A DNA stretch of 64,000 nucleotides, taken from contig JAZLBQ010000012.1 of NCBI GenBank assembly GCA_045613785.1, forward strand, positions 32,099-96,098, written 5' to 3'. Made by a program: the position numbers and the translations under genes. Source of the stretch: Candidatus Enterousia sp. (lineage in GTDB: Bacteria > Pseudomonadota > Alphaproteobacteria > Rs-D84). Below are positions 19,433-29,381 of this stretch, in pieces. The stretch's first letter is position 1; every line of letters starts with the position of its first letter. The notes under the pieces were generated by a model. It made no database searches and had not been told where the DNA came from. It worked only from the letters and a program-made list of their open reading frames with translations.

Positions 19433-21229
19433 ATGGTAAAAGTCCGTGAAAAAAAGACTACACCCACCAAGGGTGAAAAACCAAAAACACCACGTGCAAT
19501 ACGTGGAATGAACAAGCACGAAACAGATGCGAACGATGACAAGATTTATTTTATGGCTTTGGGTGGTTTGGAACACATTGGCCAGAATATGTATGTCTAT
19601 AAATATCGTGGCAAATACCTAGTTGTTGATTGCGGTATGGGATTTCTGGACGAAGAAATCGGGGCAGGGGATGTTCAATACTGTGATACAACCTGGTTGG
19701 AAAAACGCAAGAAAGACGTTGTTGGCTTTGTGATTACGCACGGCCACGAAGACCATATTGGTGCATTAAAATATATTTGGCCAAAATTCAGAAAGCCGAT
19801 TTATTGCACACGCTTTCCAGCGGAAATCTTGCGTCAGACATTCAAGGGGATTGAACTGGATTTCAATCCGAACACAGATATCGTTGAATTTGATCACCAG
19901 GGTGCGATATTAAATTTAGATCCATTTACCGTTGAAACATTTCACGTTACTCACTCAGTGCCAGAAGCACAGATGTTGATTATTCAAACCCCATCGGGCA
20001 AGATTTTACATACTGGCGACTGGACATTTAACGATGACAATCCAATTGAAGCCTCAACTAATTTTGATCGTTTGGCATCAATCGGTTCTGACCCAAAATT
20101 GCTGGCGTGTATGTGTGATTCGACAAATTCATCACGCCAAACGAAACAGACCACTGAAACTCAGGTTCGTGATGCACTGACAGAAATTATGAAAAACGCT
20201 CCTGGACGTGTTTTGGTAACAGGCTATTCACGCAGTTTGGCACGTATGAAAATGTTTGCCCAGGCTGCTCGTGCTGCCGGCCGTGTTGCTGCGATAAAAG
20301 AACGTAGCAATCCAAATCCTGTGCCATATGTTGGTCTGCCAGAATTCCGTGAAATGGGCATAAAGTTTGGTTACATCAACAAAGACGATGTTTATCTGCA
20401 CAGTGAAATCAAAGATTTGCCAGCAGAAAAACAGGCGATATTCTTGACTGGTTCTCAGGGGGAAAAGTTTGCTATGTTGACACGTTTGTGCCACGGCCAG
20501 GTCAAAGAATTAAAATTACAGCCAACTGACACAGTTGTATTTAGTGCTATTATTATTCCTGGTCGTGAACAAGACGTTTCTGCCTTGTATAATAAATTGG
20601 CACGTATGGGTGTAAAAACACATACTATCTTTGATACAGATAATTTGCACGCCAGTGGCCATGCGGGCCGTCCAGAACTGGAACGTTTTTATGACATGGT
20701 TCATCCTCAGGTTTCTGTTCCAATGCACGGTGATTACATCAACGAAATGTTAAATGGAAAGATGGCAATGGAACGTGGTGGTGCAAAACACATGATGGTT
20801 GTTCACAATGGTGAAATGATTGCGTTGTCAGATGGTGCCGAACCATATGTTGCTGAAACAATCCCAACCAGTTATGTTGTAATGGAAGGTGAAACGGAAC
20901 GCAGTGCGAACGACCAGGTTTATAAAAACCGCAAGAAAATTGCGTCAAACGGTGCTGTGTTTGTAACATTGCCTGTGGACAAGCGTGGATTCTTAAAGGG
21001 CACGCCCGAAGTTTCCAGTGCAGGTATTTTTGAAACTGACGAAACTGGCTTTATGAAGCGTCAGATTCAGATTGAAATTACACGTGCGATTGATGGTTTG
21101 ACCAAAACAGAACGCAAGGAAAAGAACAACCTGATACGTGCTGTTCAAGTTGCCTCGAACAAGGTTGTTCGTGCGGCACTTGGTGCGGACAAGAAACCAC
21201 AATACAGTGTTCATTTTGTTCAGAAATAA
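19433..21229 (+). CDS. rnj: ribonuclease J
   Basis: Metallo-beta-lactamase HGHEDHIG motif, beta-CASP region, and a Lys-rich N-terminal extension. The true start may be an internal Met. Confidence 0.92.
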   Translation: MVKVREKKTTPTKGEKPKTPRAIRGMNKHETDANDDKIYFMALGGLEHIGQNMYVYKYRGKYLVVDCGMGFLDEEIGAGDVQYCDTTWLEKRKKDVVGFVITHGHEDHIGALKYIWPKFRKPIYCTRFPAEILRQTFKGIELDFNPNTDIVEFDHQGAILNLDPFTVETFHVTHSVPEAQMLIIQTPSGKILHTGDWTFNDDNPIEASTNFDRLASIGSDPKLLACMCDSTNSSRQTKQTTETQVRDALTEIMKNAPGRVLVTGYSRSLARMKMFAQAARAAGRVAAIKERSNPNPVPYVGLPEFREMGIKFGYINKDDVYLHSEIKDLPAEKQAIFLTGSQGEKFAMLTRLCHGQVKELKLQPTDTVVFSAIIIPGREQDVSALYNKLARMGVKTHTIFDTDNLHASGHAGRPELERFYDMVHPQVSVPMHGDYINEMLNGKMAMERGGAKHMMVVHNGEMIALSDGAEPYVAETIPTSYVVMEGETERSANDQVYKNRKKIASNGAVFVTLPVDKRGFLKGTPEVSSAGIFETDETGFMKRQIQIEITRAIDGLTKTERKEKNNLIRAVQVASNKVVRAALGADKKPQYSVHFVQK

Positions 21230-21257
21230 AAAAATCCCCCGTTTGGGGGAATTTTTA
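21229..21257 (+). terminator. rho-independent terminator
   Basis: TCCCCC-gttt-GGGGGA hairpin followed by a T-run. Confidence 0.8.
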
Positions 21258-21318
21258 CTTTACATATTTTTTTGAATTGAATACAATCGTAACGTCATAC
21301 AAATAAAGGAAAGGACAA

Positions 21319-21858
21319 ATGGCAGAAAAAACAACAAAAAAACCAGTTGCAAAAAAAGCGACTACTAAAAAGACAGTTTCTAAACCAGCTGTGGCAAAGA
21401 AGCCAACTGCTAAGAAAACAGCAACAAAAAAAGTCCAAGAAATCAAGGCTGTTGCATCAGCACCAGTTGTTGAAAAGCACGCTTGTGGTTGCGGTCATGA
21501 TTGTGCATGCGGTGGTGAATGTGCATGTGCAAAAAAGAAATGCACATTTGGTCGTTTTTTGAAAAAAGTTGTTTTATTCTTGATTATCTTTGCGATGGGT
21601 TTTGCGACTGCAAAAATGTGCTGTTGCAAAAAGTTCGGCAAGATGGGGCCACGTCCAGAATTTGATAATGGGTGTTTGGTTGTAAAATGTCCAAAAATGG
21701 CAGAAAAGATTGCGATGATGGATGCGAACCAAGATGGTTGTGTTTCTCCTGAAGAGTTCAAGGCTGCACGCAAAATGATGAAACGCAGACCAGAAATGCC
21801 AGCAGAACAGCCGGTTGAACAACCTGCAGCTGTTCCTGCACCAGAAATGGCAGAATAA
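21319..21858 (+). CDS. chimeric membrane protein: Lys/Ala/Pro-rich histone-H1-like tail, CxC cysteine cluster, TM segment, EF-hand
   Basis: KKPVAKKATTKKTVSKPAVAKKPTAKKTATKK repeats, HACGCGHDCACGGECACAKKKC, a TM segment (VVLFLIIFAMGFA), and a canonical EF-hand loop DANQDGCVSPEE. Confidence 0.7.
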   Translation: MAEKTTKKPVAKKATTKKTVSKPAVAKKPTAKKTATKKVQEIKAVASAPVVEKHACGCGHDCACGGECACAKKKCTFGRFLKKVVLFLIIFAMGFATAKMCCCKKFGKMGPRPEFDNGCLVVKCPKMAEKIAMMDANQDGCVSPEEFKAARKMMKRRPEMPAEQPVEQPAAVPAPEMAE

Positions 21859-21949
21859 AAATCGAATAACGATATAATGAAACCGCCATTTTGGCGGTTT
21901 TTTATATAAAAAAGCAGGACGGCAAAATAAAATCCCCAAATGGGGATTT

Positions 21950-22237
21950 TTATTTATTTGCTACACGTTCACGAAATTCATTGCTGGGTCGAAAGGTTGC
22001 AACACGTCGTGCAGAAATAACGGCACTTTCGCCAGTTTTTGGGTTGCGTCCCATACGAGCGTTTTTTTCCAAGATTTTGAAACTGCCAAAACCTGCGAAT
22101 TTAACTTCTTCGCCATTTATCAATGATTCACGAATTTCATCAAACACAACGTCAACCATTTTCAATGCATCTGCGGTTGTTAGACCAAAGCGTTCACGTA
22201 ATCTATCTGCAAAATCACTTCTTGTTATTGTTGCCAT
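21950..22237 (-). CDS. ihfA: integration host factor subunit alpha
   Basis: 95 aa; GFGSFKILEKNARMGRNPKTGESAVISARRV is IHF-alpha-like. Confidence 0.9.
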   Translation of the reverse strand: MATITRSDFADRLRERFGLTTADALKMVDVVFDEIRESLINGEEVKFAGFGSFKILEKNARMGRNPKTGESAVISARRVATFRPSNEFRERVANK

Positions 22238-22330
22238 TTTTCTTTACCCCTATATCTTGAAAACATATTATACAATCACAGAATATAACTTGCAATATTA
22301 TTTTCGCATGAATAAAATAGGTATTGGTTT

Positions 22331-22406
22331 GTCCCCATAGTTCAATTGGATAGAACAAGTTCCTCCTAAGAATTAGATGCAGGTTCGATTCCTGCTGGGG
22401 ACGCCA
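22331..22406 (+). tRNA. tRNA-Arg (anticodon CCT), CCA encoded
   Basis: Manual fold: acceptor GTCCCCA/TGGGGAC, anticodon loop CTCCTAA, T-arm CAGGT-TCGATTC-CTGCT. Confidence 0.88.
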
Positions 22407-22683
22407 GTTCACGCAGGAAGCGAACCGTTCCAGCAACGTCAGTTGCGTCAGGTTCGGGACAAGCGAAGCGTAGTGAAAGGGGCCCGAAACGAAGTTTTGG
22501 GAATTTACAATCCTGCTGGGGACGCCAGTTCACGCAGGAAGCGAACCGTCCCAGCAACGTCAGTTGCGTCAGGTTCGGGACAAGCGAAGCGTAGTGAAGG
22601 GGGCCCGAAACGAAGTTTTGGGAATTTACAATCCTGCTGGGGACGCCAGTTCACGCAGGAAGCGAACCGTTCCAGCAATGCCA
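22391..22683 (+). repeat. 2.4 tandem copies of a 121-bp GC-rich unit that begins inside the tRNA-Arg 3' end
   Basis: Copies start at 22391, 22512 and 22633 with 2 mismatches between the full copies. Each copy starts with CCTGCTGGGGACGCCA, the last 16 nt of the tRNA (17 nt with the preceding shared T). Confidence 0.95.
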
Positions 22684-22695
22684 GTTTCTTTTATT

Positions 22696-23571
22696 TTATC
22701 TATGATTTTGTCGCATGAATAATGCAACGTCCTTGCGATCGTATCCGTATGCAGAATTCAAACCACGTGCCGCAAACGTATGCGGTTCGTTTTTTATCTG
22801 GGTGCGTTGAAAGAAATCCAAGAAATTAGACCACGCTGGTGCATTTCCTTCCCACAGATAATGAAAACCAATGCAACCATTATCTTTGTTCAAATTATTT
22901 TGTGCTAAAACTTTTAATATTTCGGAATAAAGGCGATAAAAACGCTGATCTTGCAATCTGTGTTCTGTAAACATATAGTCAAATATGTTCGACAGCATAA
23001 TTACATCGTATTTCTGGCTAAACCTTTTGCTTATATTCGATATATCGCAATGTTTAAAGTTTATCGTATCTGGCAGCAAATCACGTAATTTATAATAATT
23101 GTCTTTTTGTAGATATGTCAGGTTTGTGAACGTTGAATATTCCGGGTGGCATGCAGCCCGATATCGAAACATTTCACGGCCTTTGGTTTCGTATTTCGAA
23201 AAGAAGTATTGCAGATTTACTGAAAATTTATCATAAATTGGTTTGATAATTTTATGGTCAAAAAAATCTTTGCTGCTGAAAAAGAAACGCAAGAAGTCAT
23301 CTCGTTCAACGTATTTTATCATGTGATTTTTCAGTTCGACAACACACCGTTGAAAAGAATTTATATCAAAAGTATCAACATTTTTTGCACCTGCTAAATA
23401 GGCCTCAAACATATGGTCGCCTGATGCAGCGACTGTCAAAACATTAGCGTTTTTCATATTGCCCAGGCTGCGAACATATTCTGCAACATTTTCATTAGAA
23501 AACAAGAAAACTGGTGCTTTGTCTTGGAACGCATAGTTTGCAGGGATAAAAATATCGTCGTCTTTATTCAT
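22696..23571 (-). CDS. SAM-dependent enzyme-like protein (DUF3419/BtaA-like pattern)
   Basis: VLTVAASGDHMFEAYLAGAKNVDTFDINSFQRCVVELK resembles the SAM-binding N-terminus of DUF3419 proteins. The coding sequence is AT-rich. Confidence 0.45.
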   Translation of the reverse strand: MNKDDDIFIPANYAFQDKAPVFLFSNENVAEYVRSLGNMKNANVLTVAASGDHMFEAYLAGAKNVDTFDINSFQRCVVELKNHMIKYVERDDFLRFFFSSKDFFDHKIIKPIYDKFSVNLQYFFSKYETKGREMFRYRAACHPEYSTFTNLTYLQKDNYYKLRDLLPDTINFKHCDISNISKRFSQKYDVIMLSNIFDYMFTEHRLQDQRFYRLYSEILKVLAQNNLNKDNGCIGFHYLWEGNAPAWSNFLDFFQRTQIKNEPHTFAARGLNSAYGYDRKDVALFMRQNHR

Positions 23572-23667
23572 CGTCGAATATATAGCACAGACAGGAAAAT
23601 TGTCAATCTTTTATTGTTTGAAAAAAACTGTATTTAATATATAATACCTGCCAAAAAAGGATTTTTA

Positions 23668-23994
23668 ATGAAAGATAAAGCCGTAAAAATTGGATTGCTT
23701 GCAACGATATTGCCACATATATTTTGCTGTGGTATTCCTATGTTTTTGGCTGTAATTGGGCTGATTGCACCGGATGCGGCACACTTTCATCTGTTGCCAC
23801 ATTGGCTAGAGCCTTGGTTGTTTTTGTTTTCTGGGGCTATGTTGGCTTTGTCTTGGTGGTTGATTCGTCGTGATTGTCATTGTTCGTGCCAGAAATGTGG
23901 TGCATCATCACATCGGACGCAAAAGATAATATTGGCTATAATAACCGTTGTTTTTATCATTAGTTTATTGTTGCACTTTGTTTCTCATCATTAA
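23668..23994 (+). CDS. small Cys-rich membrane protein (MerC-like?)
   Basis: 108 aa with 3-4 TM segments. It has a CC pair in TM1 and a CHCSCQKCG cluster. Confidence 0.55.
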   Translation: MKDKAVKIGLLATILPHIFCCGIPMFLAVIGLIAPDAAHFHLLPHWLEPWLFLFSGAMLALSWWLIRRDCHCSCQKCGASSHRTQKIILAIITVVFIISLLLHFVSHH

Positions 23995-24006
23995 AAGGGT
24001 TTTTAG

Positions 24007-24669
24007 TTGAAATATTTTGATGCTCATTGTCATATTTTCAATTCTGATAATTTATTGTCTGATATGGGTGTGATTACAAATGCGACCCAGATTGCAGAAT
24101 GGGGAAATGTCTTGGATTTGGTGTCGGGGCGTCAAAATGTTTATGGTGCAATAGGTATTCATCCGTGGTTTGTTGCGGACTTGCCAGACGGCTGGGATTT
24201 ACAGTTGCAAGAACGTTTGATTCAGCATCCTGAAATAATGGTCGGAGAAATCGGTCTTGATGACCACAAGCCAGATTTTGAAACTCAAATCATAGTTTTA
24301 ACTCGTCAACTTAAAATCGCAGTTGAATTAAATCGAGGTGTTCATATTCATTGTGTTGGTGCTATGAATGAATTGTTGAAAATATTAGACAGTTTCGGGA
24401 ACGAGTTGCTGCCTTTTATTTTGTTTCATCGCTATTCTGGCAGCCCGACAGATGTTCCAAAATTGGTTAAAAAATATAATGCGTATTTTTCATATTGTCA
24501 TCCTAATGACAAACGGGTCAAAGCAACTCCAATTGACCGAATTTTGTCAGAGTCTGATTCAGACAACCCAAAACGCTTGATTTCCATCGCAGATGATTTA
24601 GCATTGATTTTGAATTCTGAAACGGAAACATTTGTAAATAATGCAAAACGGATGCTTAAAAATGGATAG
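24007..24669 (+). CDS. TatD-family metal-dependent hydrolase
   Basis: TTG start; FDAHCHI, GEIGLD and HIHC motifs. Confidence 0.8.
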   Translation: MKYFDAHCHIFNSDNLLSDMGVITNATQIAEWGNVLDLVSGRQNVYGAIGIHPWFVADLPDGWDLQLQERLIQHPEIMVGEIGLDDHKPDFETQIIVLTRQLKIAVELNRGVHIHCVGAMNELLKILDSFGNELLPFILFHRYSGSPTDVPKLVKKYNAYFSYCHPNDKRVKATPIDRILSESDSDNPKRLISIADDLALILNSETETFVNNAKRMLKNG

Positions 24670-25342
24670 ACTGCACAGAACACGTTTATTATTTGGTGAT
24701 GTCGCCACAGAAAGACTAGCAAACTCGACTGTTATGGTTGTAGGATGTGGTGCTGTTGGTTCTTTTGCGATAGAGGCACTGGCTCGTTCCGGTATTGGTC
24801 ATCTGGTTATTGTAGATTTTGATGTGGTTGAAAAATCTAACATAAACCGCCAACTGTTCGCCCTGGAATCCACTCTTGGACAACCAAAGGTTGTCGTCGC
24901 TGCTGCTCGTATTCACGATATCTGTCCTGACATTCAGATAACTGCATTAAATATGTTTTTTGATTCAGAATCTGAAATATCTGTTCGACCTGATTTTATT
25001 ATTGATGCGATTGATACCGTTCCGTCCAAGGTTGCTTTATATCAATGGGCGGCCAAGCATAATATTCCGTTGATTTCCAGTATGGGGGCTGCGTCCAAGA
25101 CCGACCCAACCCAGGTAAAAATAGCCCCGATTTCAAAAACATCTGTTTGTCCACTGGCATCACGTGTTCGCAAGTCTGTTCGTGAATTGAATTTACCTGA
25201 TTGTCCTGTGGTTTTTTCTACAGAAAAGCCAGTCCTTGTTGTTGGTCATGCCAAGAATCTGGGGTCTATAATAACAGTGACAGGCACATTTGGTCTGATT
25301 CTAGCAAATCATGTAATTCAGAAAATAATCCGGGATATTTAG
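24662..25342 (+). CDS. tcdA: tRNA threonylcarbamoyladenosine dehydratase (ThiF/MoeB-fold, TcdA-like)
   Basis: VVGCGAVGSFAIEALARSGIGHLVIVDFDVVEKSNINRQ. The ATG overlaps the preceding stop. Confidence 0.8.
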   Translation: MDRLHRTRLLFGDVATERLANSTVMVVGCGAVGSFAIEALARSGIGHLVIVDFDVVEKSNINRQLFALESTLGQPKVVVAAARIHDICPDIQITALNMFFDSESEISVRPDFIIDAIDTVPSKVALYQWAAKHNIPLISSMGAASKTDPTQVKIAPISKTSVCPLASRVRKSVRELNLPDCPVVFSTEKPVLVVGHAKNLGSIITVTGTFGLILANHVIQKIIRDI

Positions 25343-25400
25343 TTTTGACATCTATCCAGTTTTTGCTGTAAAATAACATAGAAAATAAACGGAGGGATAA

Positions 25401-26147
25401 ATGAAACTGATAAACAAGTTAAAGACAATTCCAGGAATTTGGCTGTCTATATTGGCGATTGGTGTTGCCTTGGGTGGATTTTTTATTGGAAACGGATTTT
25501 ATCGTGCTCTTTCTGTTCGCACTGTTACTGTCAAGGGCTTGGCGGAACGTGATGTTGTTGCGGACACTGCGGTATGGAATATCAAGATAAACGGTGTAGG
25601 TGGCGATTTAGCGGAATTGCAACAGCGTATTGATAACAATATTTCCCAAATTCATAGTTTTTTGATTGATTCTGGTTTTTCTGCATCTGACATTCAGAAT
25701 TTGCGTGTTCAGGTTCGTGATAAATACGCAGGCTATTCTGATGCAGAATTAAAGAATCAGCAAAACGATGGTCGCTATGTCATTGAAACTGGTGTCAAGG
25801 TTCGTTCGAACAATGTTGAGTTAGTTGATGCTGTCTCTCGCCGTATGGGAGAATTGGTTCGCCAAGGCATCACCATAACCGAAGATTATGCAGGTCCAAT
25901 TTATATATTTAATGGATTGAACGACATAAAAATATCGATGATAGAGCAGGCGACCAAAAACGCCACCGCTGCTGGACAGCAATTTGCCAAAGATGCTGAT
26001 GCACGCCTGGGCAAAATTAAAAGTGCCAACCAGGGTGTATTCAGTATTGAATCACGTGATCCTACTGATTCCTGGTCATCCAATGAACGTCAGGCAATAA
26101 ACAAAAAGGTTCGTGTTGTTGCAACGATAACTTTCTATCTGAAATAG
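25401..26147 (+). CDS. SIMPL/DUF541 family protein (second copy)
   Basis: N-terminal TM segment, then VTVKGLAERDVVADTAVWNIKI. Confidence 0.75.
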   Translation: MKLINKLKTIPGIWLSILAIGVALGGFFIGNGFYRALSVRTVTVKGLAERDVVADTAVWNIKINGVGGDLAELQQRIDNNISQIHSFLIDSGFSASDIQNLRVQVRDKYAGYSDAELKNQQNDGRYVIETGVKVRSNNVELVDAVSRRMGELVRQGITITEDYAGPIYIFNGLNDIKISMIEQATKNATAAGQQFAKDADARLGKIKSANQGVFSIESRDPTDSWSSNERQAINKKVRVVATITFYLK

Positions 26148-26271
26148 TTAAAAGAATTGTAAACCAAGCCCCTTTTAGGGGCTTTTTTATTAGAATAATA
26201 TGCGGCAACATGTTCCAGAAAACACAATAAAAACAAAGGCTAAGAACGTATTCCTAATGTGCTTATTCAGG

Positions 26272-26300
26272 TTGCAAGGTTTTGAAAAAGTGGTTATAAT
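26272..26300 (+). promoter_or_regulatory. sigma70-type promoter
   Basis: TTGCAA, 17 nt spacer, TATAAT, located about 50 nt upstream of the DUF378 gene. Confidence 0.65.
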
Positions 26301-26351
26301 ACTATTGTCTTATCACAAGACATATTAAACCTTGAAAAGGAGAAAAAAGAG

Positions 26352-26567
26352 ATGAGAGGACTAACGAACTATGTTCTTATACCATTGACGTTTATCGGTG
26401 CTCTGAACTGGGGCTTGATTGGAATCTTTGGTTTTGACTTGGTCGCATTTTTGTTTGGCCCTGCAACATTGGCCAGCAACATTGTTTATGCAATAATCGG
26501 TATTGCTGCACTGATATGGTTGATATGGATGTTTATCGACAGACCAGCCCCACGCAATGACCGTTAA
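26352..26567 (+). CDS. DUF378 family small membrane protein
   Basis: 71 aa; IGALNWGLIGIFGFDLVAFLFG is typical of DUF378. Confidence 0.8.
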   Translation: MRGLTNYVLIPLTFIGALNWGLIGIFGFDLVAFLFGPATLASNIVYAIIGIAALIWLIWMFIDRPAPRNDR

Positions 26568-26624
26568 AAATAAAAAATATATTTCAGTTTCATGTCCACG
26601 CCCCACGAAAATCAGGGGCGTTTT

Positions 26625-28679
<2,055 letters not shown>

Positions 28680-29330
28680 TTACAAGCCGAATTTGTAAAC
28701 AGCCCCGAAATAGACTTCGGTTGCATCAACATCTGTGATTGCAAATTCTTTGTTGTTTAATTGATGTTCTATTTCGCCATAGTATTGATATTTTACGCCC
28801 AGATTCAGGTCAATTCTGTCATTTAATGCAAAATTTACACCAATCATCGCACTGTATGTCAAATCGAACACAGAATCAGACAAATGCCCATAAGGTGCAT
28901 TGACATCACCCCAAATTGTTGCAAATCCGATTCCGACACCTGCGTATGGTGCAATAGTCCCAGCATATTCTTGGAACAGATAGAAATTCAGCATATTTGC
29001 CCAAACGTCGAAATTGAAATCTGTTGTTCGTTTTGTTTGTTTTGCCCCGGTATAAAGTGTTTCGAATTCAATTTTTGCAAAATCGCTTAGACGATTTCCA
29101 ACGACTGCCCCGAATCCAAAGTTGTCTTTACGAACGGTAGAATTTCCGCCGTCGTGAATATCGTATTTGAACGAAACTCTTTCGTTTTTATGAAGGCGAA
29201 TTCCGACATAATTATCCCGACGTTCGGTTGTTGTAATTCCCGAATCGTATTCATCCCAGTAATCATCTGCGAACGCAGGCACTGCCAACAAGCAAGCCAA
29301 AACACATACTAATTTTTTCATATTCCCCAA
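28680..29330 (-). CDS. outer-membrane beta-barrel protein (OmpA-like TM / opacity-porin family)
   Basis: Signal peptide ...AVPAFA, alternating hydrophobic strands, and C-terminal YKFGL. Confidence 0.75.
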   Translation of the reverse strand: MGNMKKLVCVLACLLAVPAFADDYWDEYDSGITTTERRDNYVGIRLHKNERVSFKYDIHDGGNSTVRKDNFGFGAVVGNRLSDFAKIEFETLYTGAKQTKRTTDFNFDVWANMLNFYLFQEYAGTIAPYAGVGIGFATIWGDVNAPYGHLSDSVFDLTYSAMIGVNFALNDRIDLNLGVKYQYYGEIEHQLNNKEFAITDVDATEVYFGAVYKFGL

Positions 29331-29381
29331 CCCTTGTTTTTAATGCTATGATTATAATTATAAATACTAGCAAAACGCAAG

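Noticed and set aside
22391-22683. Possible CRISPR array.
   Set aside because: The units are contiguous 121-bp copies without unique spacers, and no cas genes are present.
22366-22718. ORFs of 63-113 aa on both strands across 22366-22718.
   Set aside because: They are translations of the 121-bp tandem repeat. The periodic repeated peptide segments show no coding signal.
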